From: Squalus acanthias
Taxonomy: Eukaryota
Assembly (NCBI GenBank): GCA_030390025.1
Contig: CM059425.1
Coordinates: 177,632,001-177,696,000 of the forward strand
DNA length: 64,000 nucleotides
Reading direction: 5' to 3'
Shown here: in pieces, positions 23,228 to 37,577 of the stretch
Position numbering within the stretch: position 1 is the first letter of the stretch
How the letters are laid out: every line of letters starts with the position of its first letter
Made by a program: the position numbers and the translations under genes
Notes under the pieces: generated by a model
What the model was told of the DNA's origin: nothing
What the model saw: the letters and a program-made list of their open reading frames with translations, nothing else
Databases searched by the model: none

Positions 23228-25238
23228 TAGGGATTAGGGATAGCATAAGATCCAAGGAGAGGGCATATAAATTGGCCAGAAAAAGCAGTAACCCTGAGGA
23301 TTGGGAGCAGTTTAAGATTCAACAAAGGAGGACAAAGGGATTGATTAAGAAGGGGAAAATAGAATACGAGAATAAGTTTGCAGGGAACATAAAAACTGAC
23401 TGTAAAAGTGTTTATAGAAATGTGAAGATAAAAAGATTAGTGAAATCAAGCATAGGTCCCTTGCAGTCAGAATCAGGGGAACTTATAATGGGGAACAAAG
23501 AAATGTCAGACAATTAAATACATATTTTGGTTCTGTCTTCACAAAGGAGGACACAGATAACCTCCCAGAGATGTTGGGGAACATAGGGTCTGATGAAAGG
23601 GAGGAACTGAAAGAAATCAGTATTTGTAGGGAAATGGTGTTAGGGAAATTGAAGGCCGCTAAATCCCCAGGGCCTGATAATCTACATCCTAGGGTACTTA
23701 AGGAAGTGGCCCCGAAATAGTAGATGCATTGCTGATCATCTTCCAACATTCGATGGAATCTGGAACAGTACCCATGGATTGGAGGGTAGCTAATGTTACC
23801 CCACTATTCTAAAAGGGTGGTAGAGAGAAAACGGGGAATTACAGACCGGTAAGCCTGACATCGGTAGTGGGGAAAATGCTAGAGTCCATTATAAAAGATG
23901 TAATAGCTGAGCACTTGGAAAACAGTGACAGATCGGACAAAGTCAACATGGATTTACAAAAGGTAAATCATGCTTGACTAATCGACTGGAATCTTTTGAG
24001 GATGTAACTGGTAAAATAGATAAGGGAGAACCAGTGGATGTGGTGTATTTGGACTTCCAAAAGGCTTTTGATAAGGTCCCGCATAAGAGATTAGCGTGTA
24101 AAGTTAAGGCACATGGGATTGGGGGCAAGGTATTGACTTGGATAGAGAACTGGTTGGCAGACAGAAAGCAAAGAGTTGGAATAAACGGGTCTTTTTCCGA
24201 GTGGCAGGCAGTGACTAGTGGGGTACCGCAGGGATCGGTCCTTGGACCCCAGCTATTCACAATATATATTAATGATCTAGACAAGGGAACTAGATGTAAT
24301 ATCTCCAACTTTGCAGACGACACAAAACTGGGTGGGCGTGTGTGCTGCGAGGAGGATGCCGAGAAACTCCAGGATGATTTGGACAGGTTGGCTGATTGGG
24401 CAGAAGCGTGGCAGATACAATATAACGTGGATAAATGCGAGGTTACCCACTTTGGTGTCAAAAACAGAAAGGCAGATTATTATCTGAATGGCAATAGATT
24501 GGGAGAAGGGGAAGTGCAACGAGACCTGGGTGTCCTTGTGCACCAGTCGCTGAAGGTAAGCATGCAGGTGCAGCAGGCGGTTAAGAAGGCAAATGGTATG
24601 TTGGCCTTCATAGCAAGAGGGTTTGAATACAGGAACAAGGATGTCTTGCTGCAGTTGTACAGGGCCTTGGTGAGACCACACCTTGAGTACTGTGTGCAGT
24701 TTTGGTCGCCTTATCTGAGGAAGGATGTTCTTGCCATGGAAGGAGTTCAGCGAAGATTCACAAGGCTGATACCTGGGATGGCAGGAATGACATATGAAGA
24801 GAGATTGGGTCGATTGGGCTTATACTCGCTGGAGTTTCGAAGAATGAGAGGGGATCTCATTGAAACTTATAAAATTCTGACAGGTCAGGACAGACTAGAT
24901 GCAGGAGGATGTCCCCGATGGTCGGGGAGTCCAGAACCAGGGGTCACAGTCTAAGGATAAGGGGTAAGCCATTTAGGACAGAAATGAGGAGGAATTTCTT
25001 CACCCAGAGAGTGGTGAACCTGTGGAATTCTCTGCCACCGAAGGCAGTAGAGGCCAATTCATTAAATAGATTCAAGAAGGAGTTGGATATATTTGTTAAA
25101 GCTAAAGGGATCAAGGGATATGGGGAGAAAGCAGGGACAGGGTACTGAATTTGGATGATCAGCCATGATCTCATCGAATGGCAGAGCAGGCTCGAGGGGC
25201 CGAAGGCCTACTGCTGCTCCTATCTTCTATGATTCTAT
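23228..25238 (+). mobile_element. CR1 LINE, ~2 kb, 5'-truncated, inserted into the antisense CR1
   Basis: RT ORF 23974-24954 ([30 protein letters not shown]); (TTCTATGA)n tail; GATCT direct repeat at 23223-23227 and 25239-25243. Confidence 0.92.
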
Positions 25239-25921
25239 GATCTAAAATAGCCTGTTCCCTAATTGGTTCCTTTATATACTGATCTGGAAAACTATCTTGT
25301 ACATATTAAATATTATAAACATCTTTATAAATATCTGTACTGGGAATTGCAGCGAGACCACCCATTAAAATGCTGTATTTTCAGATAGTGATCAGACATC
25401 ACATTCTCTTTAGTTATATACCTATCCACAAGTTTATTTTGAAATAAAATGCAAGTGTACTTTACTGCGGTTAAGCTAAAGACTGTTCTGATCCTCAAAA
25501 TGTCCTATCCAGCTAATGAATCTTCCAACAAACTTTTGAAAGCAAAGTTAATTTTGGACAAAACAAAAATCAAAACCAGCCATAACAGGCATTTTTGGAA
25601 ATAGAGTCAGTTGTGCAGGATGTTCGACCAACTGTTACTGTTACATGGAAAGGTAAGGTGCTGATTTCTGGCCACAGTTCTCCATATGGTGAGTTACTGA
25701 TCTCAACCATTGTCATAAATGCTATGCAAAGATTTGATTTGCCCACAGGCAAATAAACCTGGAGGATGAGTAATCCTTGGCTACATGATGCAGAAAAAGA
25801 AAGCTGCAAAAATTTCTCTGGATCATTTGGTCTCGTCTTCAGTGTCAGGTCATTCACAGCTCAATCATGAGTAAAGTTCAAAAGCATTTTTATTCAAATA
25901 AACATCCCTGAAAAAAGTTAC

Positions 25922-26049
25922 AATAGCAAAATACTGCAGATGTTAGAAATCAAATAGAAAATGCTGGAAACACTCCGGTCAGGCAGCATCTGTATTTTTC
26001 TCTCTACAGATGCTGCCTGACTTGAATGTTTCCAGCATTTTCGGTTATT
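25922..26049. repeat. Palindromic Penelope-like short element
   Basis: 38-bp inverted arms (25957-25994 / 26005-26042, 3 mismatches). Related single arms occur near 45990-46080, 48230-48310, 49775-49880 and 52340-52455. The Penelope assignment is from recall. Confidence 0.6.
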
Positions 26050-26559
26050 CCTGAAAAAAAGTTACTTCATTCCTTACCACTTTCATTACTCCACCTAATT
26101 TTATGCAATGAGCAAGGCAGCATATGCCAGCTGGACACATTCTTAACCTGATGCCATCTTCAAACAGCACTAATTCATAGGTGTTGAAAAAAAGAACCAA
26201 AATACATTTCTAGCATTGGAGCAACCAAACAGGATCATGTCCAAAGAGTCAAAGTTCAGTTTTCAGATTTTAACCCATGAGTGACAGCATCAGTATTTGA
26301 CTTGAATACAAACTAGATGCTCAGGTTCTCATTGGCACAGGGTTGGGAATATATTAGCAGATTGCACTTTTTGATCAGTTTGTTATGGAGCAGCATGATC
26401 ACATTTCAATAGGATTTATCTCAAATATTTGCAGCAACTTACTCCCTTGTAAAGACGGATTGCTTTATTTTGAGATGACTGCTTGCAAAGCAAACGTTGA
26501 AGCAATTGGATAGTCATTTAGTTAAGATCTTAACTTTTCAAATGTACAAATTCTTCCAA

Positions 26560-26950
26560 ATCAGAATGATACAGCACAGAAGGCAGCCATTCGGCCCATC
26601 ATGCGTACTTTTGAATGTTATCCAATTTGTCCCACTTCCCTGCCCTTCCCCATTGCCCTGCAATTTTTTCCTCCTTGCAAGTATTTATCCAATTCCCTCT
26701 TTAAATTTACTATTGCATCTGCTTCCACCACCCTCAGGCAGTGTATGCCAGATCATAACTTGCTGCATAAAAAATCTCATCTCACTTCTGGTTCCTTTGG
26801 GAATTACCATAAATCGGTGTCCAGTGGTTACCAATCCTTCTGCCACTGGAAAGAGTTTCTCCTTATTTACTCTATCAAAACCATTCATGATTTTGAACAC
26901 TTACATCTCCTCAACCATCTCTGCTCTGATGAGAACAACCCCAGTTTGAG
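26560..26950 (-). mobile_element. CR1 3' fragment
   Basis: ORF 26685-26900 (FKIMNGFDRVNKEKLFP...TGHRF) and CR1 3' UTR. Confidence 0.75.
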
Positions 26951-27798
26951 TGTAAAAGTACAATTACATCCAACATCTGATATAGTCTATATCTCCTGTC
27001 AATAGGCTCATTAGCTGGCTTAAATGCCACTTTCTGAATTTATTCACTACAAAGGCTAAGGTCAGACCAGATTAAAATCCTTTATGGTGTGATTGTGTTG
27101 CTTTTTACTAAACTGGTCTTGGTGACAATATTAGGCAATCACTCCAAGGGATGGGGACTTTCAATATTTAAGGCACAGAAGTGGCTTAATCTCAAAAGTT
27201 GTGCAAGGCTGCATATTTGCTAAGCTCATTACAGGAGAAAAATATGAAGCAAAAACAAAAGCTATAAACTTTAAGGTGGCTTAGCTTTTAATTTGCTCCT
27301 AAAACATTTCACCAGGCAACAACTATTGCAGCAGACAAGAGACTGGCTCTCGAACCTTAATACTACTTTTGAGCCACCGAAGGGAACTGGTTATCACTTG
27401 CTTTGTCTTTACCCCTCCGCACCATTTACTGCTCTTTACTTGGCAACTCCTCAATATCATGGGTAAGGTTGGAAATTCACCTGGATGGAAAAATCTAACT
27501 TGTCTCAACCAGTCCATGGTTTAATAGTGGTGCTCCAGCTCACCGACAATAGATGGACGTTTCCACATTAGAAGCTGGTTAAATGTTTCCAACCAGAAGA
27601 TAGATTTTAACATTGTAGAGAACACGGACTTGCTCATCACCAAATTAGCATGCGCCCAAGGAAATTCTACCACTAGCAACATGCCCTCCCTTTAGAAAAT
27701 GATAGGAAAAGGCAGCTGTCAAAGCTTCTAATTTATTCTTAATTTTTAAAAAAATGTCAGTTTAAAAGGGAGCACGAAGGGCATGGGCACACAAACAA

Positions 27799-27801
<3 letters not shown>

Positions 27802-27854
<53 letters not shown>
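27802..27854. repeat. (GA)n microsatellite
   Basis: Perfect dinucleotide run of about 26 units. Confidence 0.98.
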
Positions 27855-27855
<1 letters not shown>

Positions 27856-28919
27856 ATTTAGATGTGACCTGACTCCATTAATTTTGTTGTGAAAACTGTG
27901 ATGCAATGTAACAGAACTGCATTTTTAGGTCTTTGTTCAGTTTCCAAACCCCACAGATGGGTTGCTTCCATTCTAAATATGGCTCTTGCCTTTACTGATC
28001 TCACTCAATAGTAATCCTAATTGAACACAGTAATGTTAGTTAAATGTGTCAGGCATAGAATGGTGTACAAAAATCAAATTATCCTGAACAGCAGCATTCT
28101 TAGAACATAAGGTCATTAAGCCTAACAACTGAGTTGTTTTGTTTAAAATTGCATTTTAAAGTTTGTTTTCCATTAGCCAGCAAGTACTTGATACAAGTTA
28201 AGAAACATTGCTGTAAATATTAAAAACTCTTAAGACATAAAAATGTTGATAGAAATTAAATTCTCCCTTCAATGAATGCAAACTGCCTGTAAGATTATGC
28301 ATTATTGTGAAAGCATCCATTTTCCAGATATCAAACAGAACGTACCCACCATATTCCTCTCTTTATACTGTCTGCTTCAATGGACTTCTCTGGTAACCAA
28401 AGGGGATTGTCTAAGGCAACTTTTATTTAGGGGAGTTTATTTAGTGTATATACAAAGTTACTTATTACACCAATATGGATGACTGTACTCTATTGTCATT
28501 ACCTATACACACTAAATGCACTTTGTATACAGGAATTTCACAAAGTTCATAATTTATTTAACTACCAAAATATCTAACATAATAAAACTATAATGATTTT
28601 TCAAAATATATACACATTTTAAAATTGCTTTAGACATTGTTAAATGAAACATCAGTAAAGGTTTCAAGCCAACAGGTCTGCAATAAAAATCAGTACATTT
28701 ACAGCTGTGTTTTGTTGCAGGAAATATATTGTATAATTATTACATTACAATATGTAAGCTCCAAATGCCAAGAAAAGGAACAATACTGGCACTTTATTTC
28801 AGAATTGAATATGATAATGTGGTAAACATTAGGAAATCCAGTTAGCAGTAAAGGGGACAGTCTTCATAGAGCATTGGCACATTGTTACAAATGTACATAG
28901 TGATAGATTTAGTGATAGA

Positions 28920-28925
28920 TTTATT
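28920..28925 (-). terminator. Candidate CDO1 poly(A) signal (alternatives at 28793-28798, 28553-28558, 28422-28427)
   Basis: AATAAA hexamers on the minus strand downstream of the CDO1 stop; sequence alone cannot show which is used. Confidence 0.3.
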
Positions 28926-29212
28926 GAAACAATCAAACCCTTTACCCCCCAGTCAAAAAAGTGAAACATTAAGACTGCCTCTATGTAAAAAGACTTCATA
29001 TTTGCTTAATCAGACTCTTGCTAAAAAGAATTCAGTCTAATGATTAAGTATTTAAAAATGTACAGAAAAAAATGGTTCAGATCAGAATTACACATTTCTC
29101 TTTTTCCCTCCCCCTCAAAAAAAAAGCTGAAGCAAAATGAGGACATCTACAGCTTCATGTCTATTGCAACATTACATAGGCATATTCAGAAATTCCACTG
29201 AGCTGGCCTGAA

Positions 29213-29245
29213 TCAATCAGTTGTTTTCTTGAGAAACAGCTTTGC
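29213..29245 (-). CDS. CDO1: Cysteine dioxygenase 1, coding exon 5
   Basis: Acceptor CTAATTTTGTTTTATTACTTGCAG|G. Encodes ...AVSQENN* (stop 29217-29219) in a shifted frame, or AKLFLKKTTD* (stop 29213-29215) in the frame set by exon 4. Confidence 0.8.
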   Translation of the reverse strand, partial: AKLFLKKTTD

Positions 29246-30304
29246 CTGCAAGTAATAAAACAAAATTAGATAGTGACAACACTGCAAATGGTTATGGTTT
29301 TTCCTTTTATTCACAATGTATTGTGCAACACAAACCAACAGTGGTTTAAACTGCTGTTTTTTTAGGGCTAAAATGGAGGACAGTCCATTACCAATTGTTA
29401 CTAAACGTGTGCTTTTTTGACAAAACATAATTAAGGGTATTTGATGGTCACACTGGTCTGATTAATGAGTAACCCAGATTTTAGACATTTGGTCTGATAA
29501 TATTTAAGGTAGTTTATTTTCCACAGCCAAGATAACCACAATGAAAAGAAATCAAATACACTTCATAATCCAGTTTTGGACTACATAACATTTGTTGTGG
29601 CAAATGCAACTCCCTACAGAAATGCCTCAGCAATCCATGATTAGAACTAATTTTGTAGGGACAGTAGCTGGTGTAAAAGTTAATCTTATGCATCATTCTG
29701 TTGTGTTATTTAAAGTTCAACAGCACAATGCAAGGCACTGAACACACACTGAACTTCACTATGCTTTCCTGGCTCCAGAGTGCAGTGTGGGGGTCACAAT
29801 TTGTACTGCCTCGTCGATAAAATGAACACTGCCAGGGTTAAATGTTGTTTTGCAAACCCAGTTTGTTGCAAGTGTTTTATGGACTTATTGTGGAAAGAAA
29901 GAATACTTCTTCCCCACCCCCCACATACTTTCCAATTACTCATTCACAACTGCGGAAGAAAGTGTCTTCATTGTACTGCTACAGATTCAGTAACAATAAG
30001 GCTTGCTGACTACAAGGGCCAGTTAAACATACAGGAACAATTAGCAATGTGAACAATTTGCTGTTTTTATAGTCGCAAATATTCTAGTTTACTTGCATGT
30101 AAAAATACAACATCACGCCCTTACAAAAAGGCCAAAGGCTAAGTACTTATTCTACAACTGCTAGAATAAGTTGCTCTAAATATCAAGATATGGTGTCTTA
30201 GCATCCACAATGTGTAGCATATTTTAATACAGTATTTCCTAATCCAGCTTGGTCAAGAGCAGAGAAAAAAATTGGAACTGGATTAGAATGACTACGAAAA
30301 ATAA

Positions 30305-31525
30305 TACCTCTTCAATTTTTTGAAGAGGTAACAGAGTAGACAAGGGTAATGCAGTAGATGTAATTTATCTAGATTTTCAAAAGGCCTTCGATAAGGTACC
30401 CCATAATAGACTAAAAGTCAGAGAATGCAGATTGGATAGCTAGCTGGCTTCAAGACAGAAAGCAGAGTAGGGGTGAAGGGTAGCTATTCAGAGTGGCAGA
30501 TGGTGGAAAGTGGGGTCCCACAAGGATCAGTGCTGGGACCACTGTTGTTCACAATTTATATTAATGATTTAGACTTTGGAATCAAAAACAATTTCAAAAT
30601 TCACAGATGACACCAAACTGGGGGGGGGAGGGGGCGGGGGAAGGAAGAAGAGAGTCAATACTGAGGAGGACTGCAACAAATTACAGGAAGACATTAATAA
30701 ACTTGCAGAATGGGCATATAATTGGCAAATGAATTTCAACACAGATAAATGAGGTATTACATTTTGGTAGAAATAGGGAGGTCACATTACTTGGAAAGTG
30801 CAAGTCTGGGTGGGGTAGAGGAGCAAGGGGATCTCAGAGTACAAATACACAAATTGCTACAAGTAGTGACACAGGTCAACAAGGCCATAAAAAAGCAAAC
30901 CAAGCACTAGGGTTTATTTCTAGAGGGATAGAATTGAAAAGTAGTGAAGTTATGCTAAACCTGCATCGAACCTTGGTTAGACCACACTTAAGAGTACTGG
31001 GTACAGTTCTGGTCGCCATATTATAGAAAGGATATAGAGGCACTGGAGGGTGCAGGGAAGATTTACAAGGATGATACCAGAAATGCGAGGGTACACATGA
31101 GGAAAGGATGAACAGGCTGGGTCTCTTTTCTCTTGAAAAAAAGGCTGAGGGGGTGACCTAACAGATGTCTTTAAAATTATGAAAGGTTTTGATAGAGTGG
31201 ATATGGAGAGAATGTTTCCACTTGTGGGAAAGAGCATAACTAGAGGCCATCAATATAAGATAGTCACCAACAAATCAAACAGGGAATTCAAAAGAAACCT
31301 CTTTACCCAGAGGGTGGTGAGAATGTGGAACTCGCTATCACGGAGTAGTTGAGGCAAATAGTATAGATGCATTTAAGGGGATGCTAGATAAGCATGAGGG
31401 AGAAGGGAAGAGAAGGTTATGCTGATAGATTTAGATGAGGAAAGACAGGAGGAGGCTCGAGTGGAGTATAAACGCCAGCATGGACGAGCTGGGCTGAATG
31501 GCCTGTTTGTGTCGTATATCCTGTG
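30305..31525 (+). mobile_element. Decayed CR1 RT/3' fragment in CDO1 intron 4
   Basis: [25 protein letters not shown] and FTDDTKL remnants, plus CR1 3' UTR. Confidence 0.85.
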
Positions 31526-32998
31526 CAACAGTCAACGTAATGGATATCAGGAGGTTGCCACAGCTGTATTTTTCTGGCCCTCCTTATCCTTTTGGTGATC
31601 AATTAATTAAAACTTCTGGTATAGACATGGTGAACATTTTGATCAATTTGCTGGTAAATCCAAAATTGGCAATTATTCTTTCACCGTCAACATTGTTTAA
31701 TTCAAATATTTACAAGGTCTTTAAACTCTGGATCATCCAACTCCCTCAGCAGGCCAGGCAGTTTCCACATATTGCTGCACAGCAGTAAAATAAAATCTGC
31801 TCACCCATGGAAAACAGTGCACGATTATCCAATAATGCCTTTTCTGACATATACAAGAGTTAAATTAGCCTCATTCACCTTCAATTTCCAAATGGAGGGG
31901 AAGACAACCTAATTAGTTTCAGTTTATACTGAACAGGATCCCCATTCAAGCAGAAAATACTGCTAGATAATCTTACATCTGCATCTCCCACTTCGGCTCA
32001 ATTTTCAGACTACGACTGAAAGACAGTTAAAGGTTTCACGTTTGGGAAAAGTTAGTTAAATGTTGGGTTTTTAAGACAAAATATTCACAGAAGCTAAAAA
32101 AGAGCAGAGATCAGATGGCTAAACTGCTAATGAGTTAAGTTGTGATGTTCCTTCACCTGCACACCAATTCCAATATATTCATTTTATTCCACTATATTGC
32201 AGTAGCCCGATCATGCTTTAGTATAGTGAAGGTCCAATTATCTTTAACCAGTGGATCTTGGTTTCTAAAGAACTAGAATGAGTCCTAGAAAACCTCCAAA
32301 CCCAATCACACCCTGGAACATTGTATCCCTTTGCCTCAAGAGGGAGAGGAGTTACACCCAAAATTACACCAATTGATGCAACTATTTAACAAATTTCCTA
32401 CTAATCTAACATATGACAGAACATTACAAATAGGTGTAAACAAGCAGAAATCAGCATAAACAAACAAACAATCAGGGCACAAGAAAAGTGCTGACTTCAC
32501 CGTATTTTAAAAAAATGTGAAAATGGTGGTTTGATGGCTTGAAACTGGACTTTAGGCATAGCGGCCTGGAGTTTCTGCTCAGGTGCACGATGAAATCGAT
32601 AAAGGACGGTTTCCTGTTACGCCTAAAGTTCTTGCCTTCATTTTGAACCAGTGTAATAGCAGAAATTTGCATATATGACTCCTTAGTCTTGGAGGGGGGG
32701 GGGGGGGGGGGAAAGGAAGGAGAGCAATAATAATGAGCAGAGATGCGTTTGGCAGAAGGGATCAATAGACGAGCGCAACAGCGAGGAAATTGGGTATAGC
32801 ATAATTACGTGCAACACAATTGTGCCAGAGTTTCTTCAATCTTTTAAGTCAGATACTGTATATGCTTTATGCTCAGATTAGACACGTCAGAGTACAAATA
32901 CACAGGAAATTCCACCCCAAGATTCCATTTAGTACTGGGCACAATTTCTTTCATTTACATGGTCAAATGGACTGGAAGATACACAATAGTTTACTTAC

Positions 32999-33168
32999 CA
33001 GAGGAATTAATTCTCCATATTTGCTTGAGAAAGTAACTCCCACTTTCTTTTTGTGTCCAGTTCTTTGATCAAAGCAGTTGCAAGAGTCAAAGGGAGGACT
33101 ATACAAGTGAAGGCTAACTGCCACCTCTGTGTGACTCACATTTTCCACTCTGTGCAACCCAATTGAAT
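32999..33168 (-). CDS. CDO1: Cysteine dioxygenase 1, coding exon 4 (170 nt)
   Basis: TTTAG|ATTCA...[66 protein letters not shown], including His140, Ser153, His155, Tyr157 and Cys164. Confidence 0.97.
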
Positions 33169-35624
33169 CTAAAAAAGACAAAAAACAGCATGTGATTTAA
33201 GTTTTTGTACCTGCACACTAATTGTTTTAGCTTCAAGAAAAATGGAAATCATGCAATTTACTCAACACCTAGAATCAAATATACAACTTTTATTGATGTT
33301 CATTCTGAGCTACTTGAAGGACATTTTCATTTGTTGAAGAAACCCATTTCTCTAAACCTTTTTCCCCCACTGTAACGAAACTGATGGCCACGATGTTCCT
33401 AAAAATCTCAACTTGAGCAACAAACTAGAACTTGCACTGTCTGGACTCACTTTTCATCCACTAGCTTTACTTGGAAAATAATCTATTTCCTTATTTGTGA
33501 ATCCAAAATTCACAAATATGGAAATAGACTCTCCAACATCTATTTGCGACAGTAGCAGGGGTTTCTCAAATTGAAGGTTTGTAAATTTGCCTCTATTGGG
33601 CCCAGTCAATGTTACCCAAAAATGCACCAGTTCCCTTACTGCATAGCTTGATCATAAGTTTCATGCAGCAAAGGATTACTGGAACTTTATACTCAAATGT
33701 GAATCCAACTGATGCCAGAGGTGTCCTGAATAGGATGCGAAAAGATTCAAGTACATCTACTGGCAAGTTTTATCAATGAGCAAAGTAATAAGGCGCAGCA
33801 TGAACTTGAGGCCACGGACATTCCACTTATCAGAAGACTAATGACTGCCATGGCATTGTGGGTTGGCTATTTAATTTAAAAATGGGAACAAGCATTAGTT
33901 TCCTTTAATACCATTTTCAGACATTAGGAACTATGGCAGTTACATCCAACAGCTTAAATAATGTGCATGCTCAGTATTTCCAATATTTAACTTTTTGTCT
34001 AATTTTCAGAGCCTAACTATGCGCCTTAGGACATTTTACTATGTTAAGGTGCTATATAAATGCAACTTGATGATGCTACTAAAGTTGAGAACACATTGTT
34101 CCTCCTTGAACAAAACATCTAACTATTCTTGTTAAATATAGCAAATACAATGAAAGGGTGCAAGAGTGGGAACAACTAAAATTTAGAGAACTTGTAGGAA
34201 CATGTTGATCCAAAAAAGAAATTAAGCAGCCCAAGACCTCAGTCCTGCTGGTTGTATTCCAAAAAAACAAGCTTATCCATTGTGAGCAAGGACTTTCATA
34301 AGGAATAAACTGCAAGCTATCATGAATCAGCATCTGCTGCTTAGTAAGTGTACAAAGCAGTGCTTGCACATACACAACACTGCACCTTTGTAACTTCAGC
34401 AGTATTGCCAACTTGAAGTGAGATGCGATTTCGGAGTGAAATAAAGCATCACTCAATCTCTTCGCAACAGCTATATCTTGGGATTTTTTTAATGCATGCA
34501 TGAGTGAATAAAAACACCTGTGATTTGCACATGCACGAGAAAAGAATACAGCGATTATAGAGTGGAGTATTGGATGGTCGTGTTGTTTTCTGGAGGTAGA
34601 TTTCCCAACGTGACCCTAGTGCTTGGTTTGCTTTTTTTTATGGCCTTTGATAACCTGTGTCACAAATTTTAGTGATGGTGGACACTAGAGAGAGTAAGAG
34701 AACTAACAGGAGGAGGAAGAGGAAAAAGAAAGGGAAGAGGCAGAGAAGGGAAAAGCAATTCCAGAGGCAAAGTTGTGCTAACCATAAGAAATGGAAACCC
34801 TGGCCATTTGTCCCCCTTCTCAGCCTGAAAGCCAGTTTTACTGCTGCAACAGATTGGCTAACTTAACAGGCTATTAGGGAAGATTGAAAATGCTCGTCGT
34901 GCATAGAAACAAAAAGCTATCTGACACATGGATAATTCAGAGCCTTGAGAAAATTCAAATTATATATCAATGTTCACATATTACATTATCCACTCAATGT
35001 AGAAATTGAATTACAAACTTGAGGCTCAAGTGATCAGTTGCCAACAGCAGATTTTTGCCAGAACATGCCAAACAGAATGCTATGCTGGCTGGAAAAACTG
35101 CAAAAAATTAACACGAGATAAAACTTGCAGTTTAAAACAATAGAAATGAAATGTTGCAATTTAAAACAGAAATGATGAATACATCTCCTGGACCCAGTGA
35201 ATTGTAAATGTTAATATCCCCAGTGATGGATAGTATTTACCTTGGGGTAGAAGGGACAATTTCAAACTGCAACAGGCCAATAAAGCCTCAGCAGCAGTTC
35301 AGCCTCGAGGTGTATTTGGATTAGAGTTCCCCCCGTCCTACAATTAGTGTGTGAAGTGAGTTAGTAGAGTTTGATGCTAGTTGGAGTTCAGGCTAACGAT
35401 CTATTTTTCAAACAGATAGCGTCTTTAACAGAAAAACACCCCAAGCTGTAATCTGACAGAAGTAGAGGAGATATGGGGATAGGTGATTAAAGCTTAGTAA
35501 AAGATGGGTTTTAAAGAAGGTCTTGCAGGAGGAGGAATGGAGGCGCAGAGAGGTTTAGGAAGGGAATTCCACAGCCCGATTACGTTCCTGTGAAGTGCCT
35601 TGGGAAATGTTACTATGTTAAAGG

Positions 35625-35770
<146 letters not shown>

Positions 35771-37577
35771 AACAACAAACTAGACCACAAGCATAGTAAC
35801 CTCCAGACTGATTCTTGTGCCACATATTGGACAGGTTAAGGAGAGGAAAACTAGGATGATCAACACACATCTGCAGGGCTTGTGTAGGAGGAAAGGTTCA
35901 GAGACTTTGGAACAACTTTTGGACCAAGGGAAAACCAGAGAAGGCCAAAACAGCAACACTGTCTTTGTGGAGAAGAAGAGTATTGGGGAAGGATTTCAGC
36001 CAACATGGTGCATGGGTGGGGAAAAAATTTGATACTACTGAGGATTATACAGCTGTTGGAATAGAAATGAGGTTTAGCTGAACTATTGAGAAAAAAGAGG
36101 CCTTTAGGTAGTGAGATGAAAATACTTGAAGGGGTTAGGGATGTGAATACAACTGAAGAAACCTCAAATAAATTGCAGTCACAATTGTGATGGGGGTGAA
36201 TACACAAAGCATTCCAAACAAAACTGTAGGGTTTGGAGCATTAATAGCTATGGAGGATAGGATATAGTCAGTAAGTTTTGGACAGGACTTGGAACGTATT
36301 TATTCCCGATGGTTGGGAGGAGAACAATGGAGGAGGGGTGGCAGTTTTCAGGAAAGATTCCATCACTGTGCTGGAACACAATGATGTCCTGGGGGTTGCA
36401 TTAAGACAATCAATCAGTTTGGCTGGAGTGGAGAAATATGGTAAAAAGTCCTCTGCATTACAAACTGAGTAACAGATTTTGGGGTGGAGGGTGTTAGTGG
36501 GGCAATGGGATTAATTTTGAGTTCTTGTAGTATTCTCTCATGTGGAACTTCAAGCAGCTCTCTGGAAATCCAAGTATACACAGCATGGAGCTTTCAAACA
36601 TCCTCTTGGGATGTCACTGTGATTGGGAAATTTCTATCTATATTCATACAGTACTTACTGTGGGTGGACAAGTGTGCTGCAAAATGGTAATTGCTAAAAC
36701 TAACTTTTAAAGCACTAGATATTCGAGGTACAGGCCAGTCAGAGATATGAAGTTGTTGAAGGATAGGAGGCAGGCACTTGAAGGAGCAATGTCAAGGTAG
36801 GGAGGTGGACAAGTGCTGAATGGATTGGCATGGTGATTGGGCCCTCTACTGATTCATATTAATGACTTGGGTCCCAGTTTTAACTCCGGGCAAGTGGTTG
36901 ACTAGGTGCGTTGGAAACTCTCCCACTGCTGCAGAAATGAGGCCCATGCAATTTCAACTCCCGGATCTCATTATCAAGACCCAAGCTTTGCTTGTGGGGC
37001 TTGGCGCACTCCTGCTCTGCCTGGCTCCACACAAAACTTTTCTTGCCTCTTCTAGGACAGATCCTCTTCTGTCCCAGGTTGGCCTGGCAGTAAAGCTACG
37101 CTGGTGTCCCTGCTCAGGCCTTAATTACAGTTGCAGTCGAGCCCAGACGACTCTCAGACAGACAAGATCTCCAGTCTGACAAGTGTGTGCCTGGTCTGTT
37201 CGTCGTGCGTGTGCGTGTTGCTGTCTTTGCGTGTGCTGTTTAGGTGCTGTGGGGGGGGGGGGGGTCTCAGGGGGGGTTCTTGGGGGGCTGGGTCGGAAGA
37301 GGAAAGAAAAACACAAGGGCAGTTGCATTTGAGGTAGCAGTTAAATTATTTTAGATAAGCTATGTAGGTGGCCAGAACAGTGAATACTGTGCAAGGGGGT
37401 GCTCAATGGGCCAATGGTCCTGTCTGAAATGGTTAGTATGATACAGAAGAAAATGCAGCATACAAGCACACACTTATTCAGAAAAGTAGAATACACCAGT
37501 ATTAAATGTTTAGAGAATTATTTTTTGACAATGGCAATATGCTTTACAGTCACGTTATCAGTCTATTTCCTGAGTCA

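Noticed and set aside
25570..25857. 95-aa ORF and nearby splice-donor-like motifs in non-repetitive sequence
   Set aside because: No recognisable protein similarity or consistent exon chain; cannot be supported without transcript data.
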